Notes under the pieces: generated by a model
Told to the model about the DNA's origin: nothing
The model's database searches: none
The model's input: the letters and a program-made list of their open reading frames with translations, nothing else
Assembly (NCBI RefSeq): GCF_036971445.1
Contig: NC_091469.1
Span: 292,082,001 to 292,145,395, forward strand
Direction of reading: 5' to 3'
Length of the DNA: 63,395 nt
DNA from: Narcine bancroftii
Taxonomy: Eukaryota
Position numbers and translations under genes: made by a program
In this document: positions 26,101 to 39,949 of the stretch, in pieces
Numbering within the stretch: the stretch's first letter is position 1
Layout: each line of letters starts with the position of its first letter

Positions 26101-27607
26101 GTTCTTCTGCAGAAAGTCGTGAGAGGTTTTGTTTTCCTCTGATGAGCCTCTGTAGGGAGTTGCTCGTCAGATGTAAATGTATTTTAAGGTTCATCAGATT
26201 GGTCTTAAAGGTGTGTCCTGTCACCTGATTGTGTGTTTGCATGGCCTGTAAACCACTCCCTTCCTCCCTCCATCACTGGCACACAATGGTTGCACCATCC
26301 ATAAAATTCCCAGACCACTTTGACAGCATGTCCGAAACCCAGCATCTCTCCCACCAAGGACAGGGCAGCATGCGCAGAGAAAACCTTCACCTGCCTGATT
26401 CCCTCATTCTGCATTTCATTCGGACTTGTATCATTGTTCCTTCTTTGTCACTGGATCTAAATCCTTTTTTAGAAATATAGAACATTACAACGTAGAAACA
26501 TGCCCCTTTTGCCCTTCTAGTCTGTGCCAAACCATTTCATTTTGTCTAGTCCCACTGACCTACACCCAGTCCTAGCCATCTATACCTCTCCCATCCATGG
26601 ACATGTCCAAATTTTTATTAAATGTTAAAATTGAGCCTGCATTTACCACTTCATCTGGCAGCTTGTTCCACACTCACACCACTGTGTGAAGAAGTTCCCC
26701 CTTTCAGTCTTAACCCATGTTCTCTGATTTTTTTTTTAATCTCATCTACCCTCAGTAGAAAAAGCCGTCCTATATTTACTCTGTCTATCCTCCTCATAAT
26801 TTTAAATTCCTCTATCAAATCTCCTCTCATTCTTCTACATTCATGGAGTAAACTTCTAACCTGTTTAAGCTTTATCGGTAACTCCGTTCATCAAGTCCAG
26901 ACACATCCTAGTAAATCTTATCTGCACTTTTTCAATCTTATTGATATCTTTCCTTTAGTTAAGTGACCAAAACTGCACTTTGGGAATACCTTCTAGAGTC
27001 ATAGAGATGACAGGTTAGAAACTGGACCTTCTGCACGTCGTGCATGTTCTAACCACTGTGCCTATCACAGATACCACACCTGCATTGATCCCATATCCCT
27101 CTGTGATCAACTGAATCATGCTCTTATTCAGATGCCTCTTAAATGTTATTCCTGTCTCTTCCTCCACTGCCACTCTGGCAGCTCATTCCCAATGCTGACA
27201 ACTGAGTGAAATATTTGCCCCTCAGATACCCTTTAAGCCTCCTTTTCTCTCACCTTAAGCCCTTAAACCAACTCTGAGCAACAAATTGATTGCTGGCCCT
27301 ACCTATTGCCTCTCATTGCATAAACATCTATCCTATCACTCTTGGTCTCCCTCACTCCAGAGAAAAATGCCAGTCTATCCAATCTCATAACTCAAGCCCT
27401 CCACTTCCTGCACCCTCTAGTTTAATCACATACCTCTGTAGAGTGGATCCAGAACTGTGTGCCTCAAACAGGGCTGCAGCAGTCCACCTGCAGGTCCTCG
27501 AGGATGATAAAGCTATCCAGATCCGATCTTGGAATGTGTAAGAGAAGGAATGTTTGAGTTGTTGACCGATTTGTTGAGTGATGTTCTTTCATGGATTCTG
27601 TTTGTAG

Positions 27608-28222
27608 CGGCTGGGGCAGGTGGTCCTTCGGCTCCTGGAGGGAGATTTACAGCCGGCGTGTCAGCTAGCGTGCCTGGGCTGCCTTCGCATTCTCACCCGG
27701 GATAAAAGCAACCTGAGGCCGTTCAGCACCAGAGGGTCCTTGGAGACACTGAGCAGGCACGCTGGGATCGATGGTATTGAGGAGCGAGTGGGGGGATTGC
27801 CTGACTCCGATGTGATGGTCGAGGCTCTGAAATGCCTCTGTAACCTGGTGTTCAACAGCTCCGCAGCCCAGGAGAAGTGTGCAGAGAGTGGCATGGTGCT
27901 GGGAATCTGCCAGCGCATCAAGCTCTATAACACGAGGAAGCTGGCTCCCGACATCAGGTTCTTTGACTGCCGGCTGCTCTTCCTACTGACAGCCCTGAGG
28001 CTTGACATCCGTAAGCAGCTGGCCTATGAGCTGCGAGGGGTGCACCTGCTGACCAAGGTGTTGGAGGACACGTTGGTTGTGCAATGGGACAACAGCCAGG
28101 AGGTAGCTGCTGGAGAAGAGGGTGGCTGCCCGCTGGCCTGCGAGCAGACCAACTGTGCCATGGAGATCCTGAAGATCCTCTTCAACATCACCTGGGACCT
28201 AAACAAAAGGCAGGTGGATGAG
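27608..28222 (+). CDS. RIC8A: RIC8A exon 3
   Basis: tttgtag|RLGQVVLRLLE...EALKCLCNLVFNS...FFDCRLLFLLTALR...AMEILKILFNIT...QVDE|gtgagt; 615 nt. Hallmark Ric-8 motifs. Confidence 0.96.
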
Positions 28223-28298
28223 GTGAGTGCTGCGGCTGGGAGAAGGGATAGAAGATACCTGCAGTTGTCCACAGAAAGTGACAGGACTCTTTAACAGC

Positions 28299-28999
28299 TG
28301 TGACCTGGAGTCATATTGAGCAGAAAATATCAGGTTCGGTGGTTTAACAGAGAGATGAGTCTGGACACGTGTTACAATCAAAGATCACTTTATTTGAACA
28401 CATGGGAGACAAACAGGGGAAGATGTAAAATGATTCTTAAATACTCTACTACTAAATTATATAGATATTCACATAGGATTCAGCTTGGACTCCGATACCA
28501 GTGGCCACCTATCTTCTACACAGTATGAGACCGAGACTATAAAGGTGCAAGCAGGCATGTCAGGCAGAAGGGACTCTAATACTGGTGGCTGCTTACCCTA
28601 CCATACTCTCCCGCATATGTACACACTTTACAGACAGGGACTTCCAATCCCCTGTACCATCGGGATCATGGCTGTCTGAAAGCATTGATCTATTGAAGTA
28701 CTACGGCTCAACTCAGTGTTGTGCACACCTTACCTGCGACTTCTCCAATAATGTCTGCAGTGGCGACCTGGCAAGGAGCAATGTCTGGGGCGTGGACCAA
28801 GAGGCAAGGAGAGAGAAGTGTGGTGTGCATTGATATTTATACTGTTCTGAGCTGGCCATCTGGCCAATGATGACACTGAATCATTTAAATGAGCCAATGG
28901 TAAGGTGTGCACTAATGGGTGGCCGGAGTCCAACCTTGATTGGCAGGTGATATGACTTCCAAATAGGTTTCATACAGGGAGATCACGTGTTCCTTCACA
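28299..28999 (-). mobile_element. Possible solo LTR in RIC8A intron 3
   Basis: TGTGA...TCACA terminal inverted pentamer. On the minus strand, CCAAT/ATTGG boxes, TATAAAT (~28835) and AATAAA (~28390) occur in LTR order. No TSD found. Confidence 0.35.
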
Positions 29000-30135
29000 A
29001 TGTACAATGATCCAGACAGGGAGGCAAAGTGTTCCTCTACAATCCACATGTAGCAGAGAGACTGGGGGGTGCAGGGATGGGAGCACAGGTAGACTGTCAG
29101 TCAGAATAGTGGTAGTCTATTTCCTAGAGTAGGAGAATCTAAGATGATAGGGCATAACTATAAAGTGAAAGGGTGTGATTTAGAAAAGATTCAAGGGGGG
29201 AGTAGTGGGCATGTGGAACAAGCTACCAGACAAAGTGTTGAGGTAGATATGTTAGTTTCCTTTAAGAAACACTTGGATTAACTCCATGAATTGGGAGAGA
29301 CTCAGAGGGCTATGGGCCTAATATGGGCAAGTAGGAGTAAAGCAGGGGGACACATTGGTGCAGAAAAGCTGGGTCTGTGGGTGTTTCTGATATGAGACTT
29401 TGTGACTAATGGCAGCTGTAAATTATCTCCAGTATAGATTTACAGCTAAACAAATCAAAGATGTGAGAGAACAAGTTGCAAGGGGACAAGGAAACACTAC
29501 AGACGTAGATGCAGATTCTTCGAATATATAGATTGGCAGGGTGAGGGGGGAGCTCATAGAAACATATACAATTATGAAAGCAACACGTTAGAAGTCGGGA
29601 CAGTTTTTCCTACCGGCAGGTGAGACAGGAACTGGGGGACACTGCCTCAAAGATTTGGTGGAGTAGATTTAGGACGGAGATGAGGAGGAGCTGTTTCTTG
29701 CGGAGAGGTATTTTCGTGGAGAGGTATTCTGTGGGCATTGAAGCAATGGACGGAGATGAGGAGGAGCTGTTTCTCACGGAGAGGAATTCTGTGTGCATTG
29801 AAGCAGTGTAGGCTGCCTTGTTGAATGTATTTATAATCCAGTCAGAGATTTGGAGAATGATGGGGTTGAGTGTGGAATGTAACCAGTGGATAGGTGGAAC
29901 TGAGTCCTCAGCCAGGTCGGCCATGATCTTAAATTTCAATTTAGAGTACAGTTTGGTAACAGGACCACAAGCCCGTACTGCCCAATTACACCCAATTGAC
30001 CTACAATCCCCAGCACAAAGGTGGGAGGAAACTGGAGTCCATGGAAGAGAACGTACGAACTCCTTATATCTTATTGCATGGTGGAGTAGGATTGACAGGC
30101 TGAATAGCCCTCACAATCATCTCTTCCACCAACAG

Positions 30136-30230
30136 GAGGATGCATCTGCCTACCGGCACCTGGTTGCCATCCTGCGCCACTGCCTCCTGGCCCCAGTGGA
30201 GGAGGAGGACCAGGCCGAGGAGCTGCACAG
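30136..30230 (+). CDS. RIC8A: RIC8A exon 4
   Basis: aacag|EDASAYRHLVAILRHCLL...EELH+AG|gtggga; 95 nt, phase 0 to 2. Confidence 0.93.
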
Positions 30231-30239
30231 GTGGGAGAA

Positions 30240-31000
30240 GGCTCAGCCCCCACCCATCATAATTCCACTCACACCCTCCCAACGTCGTCCCGTCCCCCCC
30301 CCGTCGTCCCGTCCCCCCCCTGTCGTCCCGTCCCACCCCTTCATATTCCACCCATCTCCACCCCCAACCTCCCCTAACCCCTCCCACACGTCCTACCTAT
30401 CCTGACACCCAAATTCCGACTCCCACACGTCCTACCTATCCTGACACCCAAATTCCAACCCCCACTCTCCAACCACAGCCGTTCTCTCCCCATCCATCCT
30501 CAGCCTCACCTTCCATCCCAAACCCCAACTCCTCTGCCCCATCCATCCCTGATCCCTATTTCCGACTCCCATCCATCCCTCAGCCCCACCCATCATCCCC
30601 GGCTCCCACACTCTATCCCCACCCACTTTCCACCTGCCACCCATCACCCCCAGCCCGCAGCCATCCCCAACCCTCCAATCGATCATCCCTACCTACCTTT
30701 CCCCTGATGCCCACCCATTAACCCAATCCCCACCTAAACTCAACTTCTACCATCCATCCCCAACCACTCCCAACCCCCATCTATTATCCCCCAGCCCTAC
30801 CCATCCCTGACCCCATTCCCTGACTCCCAACTCTGCCCATCTCGCCCACCATTCCATCCCCACCTATCTCTGATGCCCCCTTTCCTGACTCGTGCCTTCC
30901 ACCCCTTCCAACCTAGACCCATCACCCTTACCAATCCATCCCTTCCCATCACTACTACCACCTTCCCATCCCCTTTAGCCTACCCATCACTTCTAACCAT
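30240..31000. repeat. C-rich low-complexity tract in RIC8A intron 4
   Basis: CCCATCC-type runs plus a local ~39-bp direct duplication at ~30381-30457. Confidence 0.8.
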
Positions 31001-31072
31001 CTCCTGGGATAGTTTGGATGCGAGGTCCAGCCAATGGGTGTTGTATGCCTGACCTATGCTGTCTACCTGCAG

Positions 31073-31223
31073 CCATACGGTTAACCTACTGGGGAACCTA
31101 CCTCTGATGTGCTTGGACGTCCTGCTCATGGCCCAAGTCCAGCCAAGCTCAGCAGAGTACCTGGGATTGAACATGGATGCTGTGGATTCGCTGCTGGACT
31201 TCCTGAACAAGAAGGTGGAACGG
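31073..31223 (+). CDS. RIC8A: RIC8A exon 5
   Basis: ctgcag|C+HTVNLLGNLPLMCLDVLL...LLDFLNKKVER|gtgagt; 151 nt. Confidence 0.95.
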
Positions 31224-32222
31224 GTGAGTGTCAAATTATCCTGGGCAGGGGAGCTCAGGGGGGACATGAGGAGGGGTAAGAGAGGGGACTCAGAGTGGAC
31301 TCTGAACTCTGTCTGTGTCAGTTCTCCCGATACCTGAGCTAGGTTTGCACTCTTCAGCTTGTATTCCCCATTCTCCCCATTCCCCTCTCACTCCGTGGTG
31401 ACACCAATGAGATGTTTGCACTTATTGTTTTGTCAGATTTCTAGTCACAGGCCATAGTGTGAGAACTTCTGACTTCCTTCCAGGACTCCCCTTTCTCTTT
31501 TATGTTTTTGTCCACTTACCCCAATCTTAAGTCCAGCTCACAGGTTCTCCGTGATCCAGACATTGTTGGCAGCAGCCCAACTATCCTTAGGTTTCCTGTC
31601 CAAGCTAATGCCCGATGCTGTGTAGTCATAGCTGACCTCCCCCCTCCATTCCCTGTGTCTCCAGGAACCTGTGGATTTGGGGTTTCAATGAACTCAAAGA
31701 CTCACCACCTCTGAGTGAAGACATTCCTCCTCATTCATCCTGCTCCTAACCCCTCTCCAATCAGCAGAATCTTCTCCACACTTAACCTGTCTACCACCAA
31801 GTCTCATCGTAACTGTTGCTAGCGTATACATCGCAGGCTCATTCCTCTCCCAGCATCCGCACCTGGGAAAGGCTGGTGATGGAACTCCAAAGAAAGGGAG
31901 CTGTTCCAAGGGTGAGGAAGAGATGTTCCCATTGTGCATGGCCTGGTGGCTGGAGCTTCAGCTGCAGGCAGTCACTGGGAACTTGGCTGGGATTCTGGGA
32001 TCCCTCCCCAGAGAGTGGGATTCGGGAGTTCCCACCGCAGGAAGGTGTGGTGGACGTGAGAAGCAGAGGGTTGTTGGACAGGAGTCACTCAGAGCCTTCT
32101 GACAACCTGTTCCTGCACAAACTCAATATTCCAGGGCCTGAAATCAGCGGAATGCCAGTTGTGTCTGCTCCAGGGATGAATCCAGAGATATTCCCTGCTA
32201 CCTCTAGCTTGTCCCTCGAGAC

Positions 32223-32354
32223 CAGTGGTTTTCAAACTTTTTCTTTCCACTCAGATACCATCTTAAGTAATCCCTGTGCCAAAGGTGCTCTGTAATTAGT
32301 AATGGATTACTTAAGGTGGTATGTAAGTGGAAAGAAAAAGTTTGAAAACCATTG
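32223..32354. mobile_element. 132-bp palindromic hAT MITE
   Basis: CAGTGGTTTTCAAACTTTTTCTTTCCACT ... AGTGGAAAGAAAAAGTTTGAAAACCATTG; degenerate 8-bp TSD (CTCGAGAC / TTTTAGAC). Confidence 0.8.
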
Positions 32355-32481
32355 TTTTAGACAGATCCCTAGCTGGAGTGACAGAGGCCACTTATATGAT
32401 AGGCAAGGGCCACCTGGTTAGGAAGAACCAAATCCGAAGGCTCCTTTGGAATAATCAGGTACTTTACCTATCTCTGTGCAG

Positions 32482-32577
32482 GGACACCGGCTGAAGGAAA
32501 CAGTGATTCCTGCTCTCAACCTGCTGACTGAGAGCGCACGGGGACACCGGGAGACCAGGAAATTCCTCCGGATGAGG
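32482..32577 (+). CDS. RIC8A: RIC8A exon 6
   Basis: gtgcag|GHRLKETVIPALNLLTESARGHRETRKFLRMR|gtgaga; 96 nt. Confidence 0.94.
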
Positions 32578-33313
32578 GTGAGACACAGCCACCCAACCTT
32601 GCCCTTGACTGAGATCCCACAATCTGCTGGAGGGAACAAAAGCAGTGGGATTGTTTCAGATTGTCTGTCCTGATGAAGGGTTCTGGATCAAAACATCGAC
32701 AATTCTTCCTGACCCACAGATGCTGCTTGACTTACTGAGTTCTTCCAGCAGATTGTGTTTTGCTCCAGATTCCCATGTCCCTTGTGTGTCTCCATGACCC
32801 TGTTGGTCCTGACCTTCTGTCTACCTACCCATGGGACTGCCTGGGATCCCTGTGTCTGTGCTTCCTTGTGGTTCAGTTGCTGGCCTTGCCTTGGATTTGA
32901 GCTTAGATGGTGCTTGACCTATAGTACCTCCAGCTTCAAATGTATAGCAATGGAACAGACCCCTTGGCCGACCATTAACCACCATTCAGGCCGACCCCAC
33001 CTTACTGATTGAGATTTAAAACCTGGATTTGAATAAAACAATCTTGGACAGAGGGACCATGGCTTATAAAGTATGCCCAGTTCCTGTAGTGAAACCTGCT
33101 CTTCTCCTGTCTTGGCTAGCCCCCTGGGTGCCCCGACCCTCCCCCAACCCCACAACCTCCCCCCTGCCTGGCCCCATTGGGTCTCTGCCCCCCCCCCCCA
33201 TAGTTTGACAGAACTGCCCCTTACGTGTGGGTGGTGTTGGGTCATGTGTGTGAGCTGGAGTTTGCGGGGCAGCATCTGATTCCACACCTCAGGGTCCAGT
33301 GTTGACCGCCTAG

Positions 33314-33458
33314 GTGCTGCCTCCTCTCCGGGACGTACAGACAAGACCTGAGGTCGGGGATACCCTGCGCAACAAGCTGGTCCGACTGATGACTCACCCA
33401 GACACGGACGTCAAGCACTGCGCGGCCGAGCTCCTCTTTGTCCTCTGCAAGGAGAACG
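33314..33458 (+). CDS. RIC8A: RIC8A exon 7
   Basis: cctag|[48 protein letters not shown]+G|gtgaga; 145 nt. Confidence 0.96.
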
Positions 33459-33789
33459 GTGAGAGAAACCTGCCCCCTAAGCTGCCTTACCAGTCTTCTG
33501 TGTGGCCACACTAGGGTGGACACATTGAGTGATGGGGTGGGGTTCTCAGGATGGACAGATTGAATGACCATTGGAGAGCATTCTGAGGGAGAAGATATAC
33601 ATACTTGGATGGACAGAGGCTGATTAGGGAGAGTCAGCACAGTTTGTAACTGGGAGGTCATGCCTCTGTCTTTTGAAGATGAGATCATGATTTTACTGAG
33701 TGCAGAGATGAGCGACATATATACTGACATTCACTAAGGTTCTGCATAATAGTTTGCTCTGGAAGGTTAGATCTCAGAGGGTCCGAGGT

Positions 33790-34815
33790 GATAGAGCATA
33801 CAGTTGTCTTCATGGTAAAAAGCAGAGTGTGATGGTGGAAGGATTCTTTTTCAAACTGGAGGTGTGTGACCAGTGGTGTGACAGGGTTTGGTGCTGGGCC
33901 CATTGCTGTTTGTCATCTACATCAATAATTTAGATGAAAACATATGTGGCATAATGAGCAATTTTTTGGATGACACTAAACTGGTATTGTAGAGAGTGAA
34001 GATAGTTGCCAAAGACTGCAGCAGGATCTTGATCAGTTGGCTAGGGAGGCAGAGGAATGGTCAATGGAATTTAATGCAGAGAAATGTGAGGTTTGCATTT
34101 TGAGAGGTCTAATGTGGGTAGGACCCACACAGTGAATGTTCGGTATCTGGGGAGTGTTTTAGAGCAGAGGGATCAAGGAGTATTAGTAGATGATACATTT
34201 AAAGTGGTGTCACTGGTAGATAGAGTGGTATAAAGGCATTCAGCACATAATTGGGACGTTATGTTGCAGTTGTATAAGGTGCTGATGAGGCCCCTTTTGG
34301 AGCATTGGGCCTGAGCTGCAGGGAGAGGTTGAGCAAGCTGGGGTTTCTTCTTGGAGGGATGAGGGATGATCTCATAAAGGTGTATCGAATCATGATAGGA
34401 ACGGATTGGGTGAACTCAGTCTTTTGCCCAGAGTCTGAGATCGATAACCAGAGGACAGAGGTTTTGGGGGCGGGGGGGGGGGGGTGGTGAAATGATTTAA
34501 CAGGAACCTCAGGGCTAACATTTTTATTTTTACACAGAGGGAGGAGAGTGTGTTGAATGGGCTGCTGAAGGAACTGGTTGAGACAGGTGCTATTGCAATG
34601 TTTGAGAAAAAATTGGACTGGTATGTGGATATGGATTTAGAGCAGCGTTTCACAATGGGGACCCTCCATGGTAAATGGTAGGGCACTGAGAAGTGCGGTA
34701 GGACAGAGGGATCTGGGAACACAAATACATAATTCTCTGAAAATGTCATTATAGATGGATAGGGTTGTAAAGAGACCTTTTGGCACAGTATTGAATATAG
34801 GAATTGGGATGTTAA
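33790..34815 (+). mobile_element. CR1/HER1-like LINE fragments
   Basis: VTSGV.QG..LGPLLFVIYIN.LD, DDTK and FNAEKCEV-type RT remnants plus ERLSKLG..MRDDLIKVYRIM. Boundaries approximate. Confidence 0.75.
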
Positions 34816-35027
34816 GGTTCCCCTGTCTGGGATGGGGGGGGGTGGGAGAATTGGTCCCCCTCTCTGCGGTTGGGGGGTCCATTTGCCTGTCTTCGGTGAG
34901 GGGGGTCTAGTTGCCTGTCTGCGGTGGGTGGTCTGGTTCCCCTGTCTATGATGGGTGGTCCGGTCCTTGTCTGTGGTGGGGATCTGAATGCCCATTTGTC
35001 CTCCCTGACCCACTGGTTCTGCTGCAG

Positions 35028-35172
35028 TTGCACGATTTGTGAAATACACCGGATACGGGAATGCAGCGGGGCTGCTGGCGGTCCGAGGGTTGATGGGAAG
35101 CTGCTGGTCGGAGGGAACCTACTCCGAGGATGAAGACACCGACACTGAGGAGTACAAGGAAGCCAAAGCCAA
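35028..35172 (+). CDS. RIC8A: RIC8A exon 8
   Basis: ctgcag|..[22 protein letters not shown]...[17 protein letters not shown]+AA|gtgagt; 145 nt. Contains the conserved acidic CK2-site segment. Confidence 0.96.
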
Positions 35173-35769
35173 GTGAGTCTCACACCCTGCCCTGGGGAAC
35201 ACTCAGCAGTTCAGGCAGCATCTGTGTGGAGACACAGGCTGGAGGCTTCATCAGATTAGAGAGAAGTTCAACAAGCTAGTGTCTAGAACAAAATATGTTG
35301 TAATGGTGGGACCAAGGCAGCAGAAGTGTCACTGCAGGGGAAGAATCAGTCACGGCTGCAGGCTGCCCAGAGGGGATTCCTCCAGCAGGGTATACAGCTC
35401 ACTGTGACAGGCCACATGCACAGACCCAGAGATCAGATCCGAATTCTGATTCTCTCTCCAGTGTTGGCGTGGACATTCCCTTTTGTTTCTATTTCTGTTA
35501 CAGATGTGCAGCTGCCGACAGTTGGGGATGGCGGGGGGAGGATGTGGAGGTAGAGATGGGAGGGGTGGCGGGGATGGGTGAGGATAGGGAGGAGGGGGTG
35601 GCAGGGTAGCCATTATCGGGCTGCAAGTCACCACTGATCAGGGTTTTGGACCTGAAGGTAGGGTGTGGACTGATCAGAAAGTTGGGATGGTGGGGGTGGG
35701 TTGGATCAATCAGGAGGTTGAGATAGGGGTGTAGGGGCCAGGGTTGGTTGGGTAAGAGGTGTTTTCTTT

Positions 35770-36480
35770 TGAATATTATTTAGGTTTTAAGAAAATACAG
35801 AATATAGGACTCAGTTAATATAATAACAATAATACAATGAATATAAAATCATTGAAAAACACTCAAAAAAGATCCAAAAAAAAGGAAAGAGTCCATCTTC
35901 TCCCAGTGCCCCCACCCCAGATTTGAAAGTAAAGGGGACAGACAGCAGGGAATAGAGGGAGATAAAAAGAAAGAAAATAGAAAAGAAAAAGCAACAGGAG
36001 CAAGGTCCGACATCTCAGTTACATCATTTTAAAAGTATTACATTTCTAATAAGAAGTATACTAATTGACAAATATCAAAATAATTTATACAATCTGGGCA
36101 TTTAAGTAATTGAAATAAGGTTGCCAAATTTCGATGAACATTCTATATCTATTCCTAAGACTATAAGTAATCTTCTCAAGGGGAATACAACTTTGCACAT
36201 CCATGTTCCACGATCAGTGTGAAATAGGGAATCGGATTTCCATGTTACCATTATACATTTCCTGGCTATTGACAACGCAATTTAAATAAATTTGGATTTA
36301 CTTCTGCAGACGTTAACTTTTGTAACTGCCGCATTCCCCAGAAGAAACAATTCCGGGTCTAGAGGGAAGTTCACCCCACAATTTTTGTCAACCAATTCGA
36401 TCCAAAAGGTTTTAATTTCGTGCACAACCAGGTGGAATGTAAAAAGGTACCAACGTCTATACCACACCTAAAATACCATG
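35770..36480 (-). mobile_element. Older L1-like 3' fragment, antisense in RIC8A intron 8
   Basis: Minus strand translates to [10 protein letters not shown] and SCIPLEKITYSLRNRY..IW, similar to the ORF2 C-terminus of the large L1. Boundaries approximate. Confidence 0.7.
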
Positions 36481-36622
36481 GGAGGGGGAGTTTGGGGAGG
36501 GAAGTGTGTGGTTGGGGTCAGCTGGGTGAGGGGGTGTTTGAGGAGGGAAATGTGTGGCAGGGAGATGGCTGGGTGAGGGGGTTAAGCAAAGGTAAAACCT
36601 CTCTGTATGGTCTTTGTTGCAG

Positions 36623-36742
36623 CATCAATCCTGTTACCGGGAGGGTAGAGGAGAGATCTGCTGATCCCATGGTCAGCATGACCGAGGAACAGAAGGAATC
36701 TGAAGCGATGAAATTGTTCATTCTGTTCGATAAACTCGCCCG
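36623..36742 (+). CDS. RIC8A: RIC8A exon 9
   Basis: ttgcag|C+[39 protein letters not shown]+CG|gtaagg; 120 nt. Confidence 0.95.
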
Positions 36743-37379
36743 GTAAGGTCGATGATTCTTCCTCAGATCTGTTCCAACAAATGGTAAATTGCAGCATATC
36801 AGTGTTGATCTGTCTGTATTGTACCCTCCCACCCTGAGGGTTAGTCTGGGCCTCACTGCAGAGAGAAACTCAAGAAACACCCCAAAATACCCAATAATTC
36901 TTCATCAAAGCTGCATTGACCCATCTGAATCTTCTGTCATCATTGCCAAGGGATACAGACCAAACTCAGGCCAATAGGGCGCAAGAACATAGCCCTGTAG
37001 CTGTTCCACTGACCTGCCTTTTTAATTCTCTTATTATGCAAATATCTATCAAACTTTACCTTAAATACATTTAATGAGGCAGCCTCTACTGCTTCCTTGG
37101 GCAGAGAATTCCACAGATTTACGGTTCTCTGGGAAACACTTCATCTGCCTCCTCAATCCTAAATCTTGAGGCTGGGTCCCCAGATCTGGTCTTACCCCCC
37201 CCCCCCCCCACCCCCCCCCCCCCACTCCCACCACCACTTCCAGTGGAAACCACTTATCTGCCTCTGTTTCTGTAAGCTCTCCTCTTGTTCTTCTGAATCC
37301 CAGGCGACTCGATCTCTCTTCAAAGACTAATCCCCTCATCTTTGCAATCAACCTGAAAAGCCTCCAAAGCCAATACATC

Positions 37380-38560
37380 TGGATTTACAAGCATTGAGAG
37401 AAACATAATGTACTCTGGGATAATCAGCATGGTTTTGTGAGGGGCAGGTCTAATTGAGAAATTGATGAAGGCAGGGCAGTAGATGTGATGTATATGGATT
37501 TTAGTAGTGTTTAACAAGCTTCGCCATGGTAGGCTCACATGGAAAGTCACTAGGAACTTGGCTGGGATTCTGGGATGCTTGATTTCAGGATTGGCTCTTA
37601 TATAAAGTGGTAGTAGATGGAACATATTCTGCCTGGAGGTCAGTGATTAATGGAGTTCCATAGGGATCTATTCTGGGACCCCTGCTCTTTGTAATTTGTA
37701 CAAATGACCTGGATGAAGAAGTAAAGGGATGGGTCAGTAAGTTTGCAGATGATACAAAGGTTGGAGGTGTTGTGGATTGTGTAGAAGGATGTTGTATGTT
37801 ACATCCAACAGGATATAGAAAGGATGCAGATTTGGATGGAGAAATGGCATATAGAGTTTAATCTGGATAAGTGTGAAGTGATGCACCTTGGAAGGTCAAA
37901 CTTGAAGGTGGCGTATGTGGTAAATGACAGGATTCTTAGTGTGGAGGAACAGAGGAATCTTGGGGTTCAGGTCCATAGATTCCACAAGGTTGAGCACAAG
38001 TTGATAGGGTGGTTAAAAAGGCATATGGTGTGCTGGTGGAAAATTGCGTTCAGTTCTGGTTGCCTCATTATCAGAAGGATGTGGAAGCTTTAGAGAAGAT
38101 GCAGAAAGATTTACCAGGATGTTTCCTGGATTTGGAAAACATGTCTTCTCAAGCAAGGTTGACAGAGCTGGGGCTTTACTTTTTGGAGTGATGAAGGATA
38201 AGAGGAGACTTAATAGAGTTGAATAATATTAAGAGGGCTTAGATAGTGTGGACATCAAGCATCTTTTTCCTGGGACAGCAATAGCAAAAACCATACGACA
38301 TCTGTTTAAGGTGAAGGGAGGAAAGTTTAGGGGAGACGTCAGGGGCAAATTTTTTTACACAGTTATGGGTAGTTGGAATGCATTGCCAGGAGTGGGGTGA
38401 GGCTGGTACAATAGGAACATTAAAAATATTCTTAGATAGGGACATGAAGGAAAAATAGAGGGTTCTGGGTATGAGGTAGGGAGGATTAGATTGATTTACA
38501 TAGGTTGGCACATCATGTGCCGAAAGGCCTGCACTGTGCTGTTGTGTTCTATGTAACATT
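37380..38560 (+). mobile_element. CR1/HER1-like LINE fragment
   Basis: GVP.GSILGPLLFV, KFADDTKVGG, EFNLDKCEVMHLGRSN, CVQFWLPHYQKDVEALE remnants. Many similar fragments occur across the window. Confidence 0.8.
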
Positions 38561-39837
38561 AGGGAAATTGAAATCTCCCATGCCAACATCCTTTTTTTTT
38601 TAACCTTTCCAAATTCTGCCAACTTATCTGCTCCTCATTGGCCCTCTGGTTTTAAGGGGTCTCCCAGTAGTAATTGCTCCCTTCCTGTTTCTGACTTCCA
38701 CCCACAACCTAACTAACTTGCCCTTCCCACACACACTAGCACATGGCCTGAGGTTACTATCTTTGAGGTCCCATGTCTAATTTATCTCCTTGCTCCCTGA
38801 ATGTTTTTGCTGCATTGTTGGTACCTGCATGCAACATTCCAGCTGGCAGTTCACTCTCCTTTCAGAATGCCCTGCAGCTGCTTTAAGATACCCCCCTGAC
38901 CCTTGCACCCTAGAGGCAACACACCAACCGGGAGACCCAGAAGCTCCTTTACCATGGAATCCTCACTATTGTAGTTCTGCTCCTCTTTTCCTGCCCTCCC
39001 ATGCAAATGCGCCTCCACAGTGTCATGATCGTGGCTGCTTTTGCCTTCCCTTGATAAACCATCTCCCACAACTGCATCCAAAGTGGTGTATCTGTGTTGG
39101 AGGGAGATGACCGCAAGAGATTCCCACCTCTGCTCTGCCTGGAGGTTACCCATTCCCATCTGTCCTTGGGCCTTTACCCTGAAATGTGACCAGCTTATTA
39201 AATGTGTACATTTTCAGCACCGTGGATGCTCCAAATGCAGCTCCAGTGCTATCTCGCAGCTGGACATAATGCCTACACACAGTCATCAGGGGAGCAGGCA
39301 TCCTCCCAGAGTTCTCACATTGAGCAGGATGAGCATGATAAAGGTCTGAACTCATCACCCCTGACTAAAACCTTAGAAGAAAAAGCTTGAATAGCTTTGG
39401 TAGCAGATTGAAAACTTTAGTGCTGCTTGCCCTTCTCACCGGAGGCTGGTTTTCAACCAGAGCCCACACTTAAACACAGCTACCCCTTTCAAAATCTCTG
39501 CTTCAAAGGGATGAGCCGAGGGGCCTGTTTCCGTGCTGTGTAACTGTGAGACTGGCTTTCTGATGAGTTCCTCTTTCTCCTTGATTCAAAGTGACTGTGC
39601 CTCTAATTTAAAATTTTATTGACATAACAGTAGAAGCTGATTCCAGCCATTTAAACCCATGCTACCCAATTACACCCAATTGACCTACAAATGCTGGTAC
39701 GTTTTGAAGGGTGGGAGGAAATCCATGCAGACACGGGGAGAGCGTACACACTCTTTATAGGCAGCATTGGATTTGAACCCAGGTCGCTGACGCTGTAATA
39801 GTGTCACACTATTAATGTTCTTTTCTTTAATCTATAG

Positions 39838-39949
39838 GCAGAAGATATTTCAGCCAATGAGTTTGGCCCCAGATGGAAAACTGGTTCCTTTGGATGAGGC
39901 AACGCACCCGTTGGTTGAAGTGCGAGAATCTGAATCGGATTCAGATTGA
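39838..39949 (+). CDS. RIC8A: RIC8A exon 10 (last coding exon, TGA at 39947-39949)
   Basis: tctatag|G+QKIFQPMSLAPDGKLVPLDEATHPLVEVRESESDSD*. The ten exons sum to 1611 nt, in frame. Confidence 0.92.

Noticed and set aside
24600-26460. Unassigned intronic stretch that might be an unknown element or exon
   Set aside because: No motif, terminal repeat or phase-compatible exon could be supported by eye; probably old repeat debris, and a RepeatMasker/BLASTX run is needed.
29672-29810. Direct duplication of GGACGGAGATGAGGAGGAGCTGTTTCT giving an acidic ORF
   Set aside because: Local tandem duplication inside a decayed CR1 3' fragment; no sign of function.
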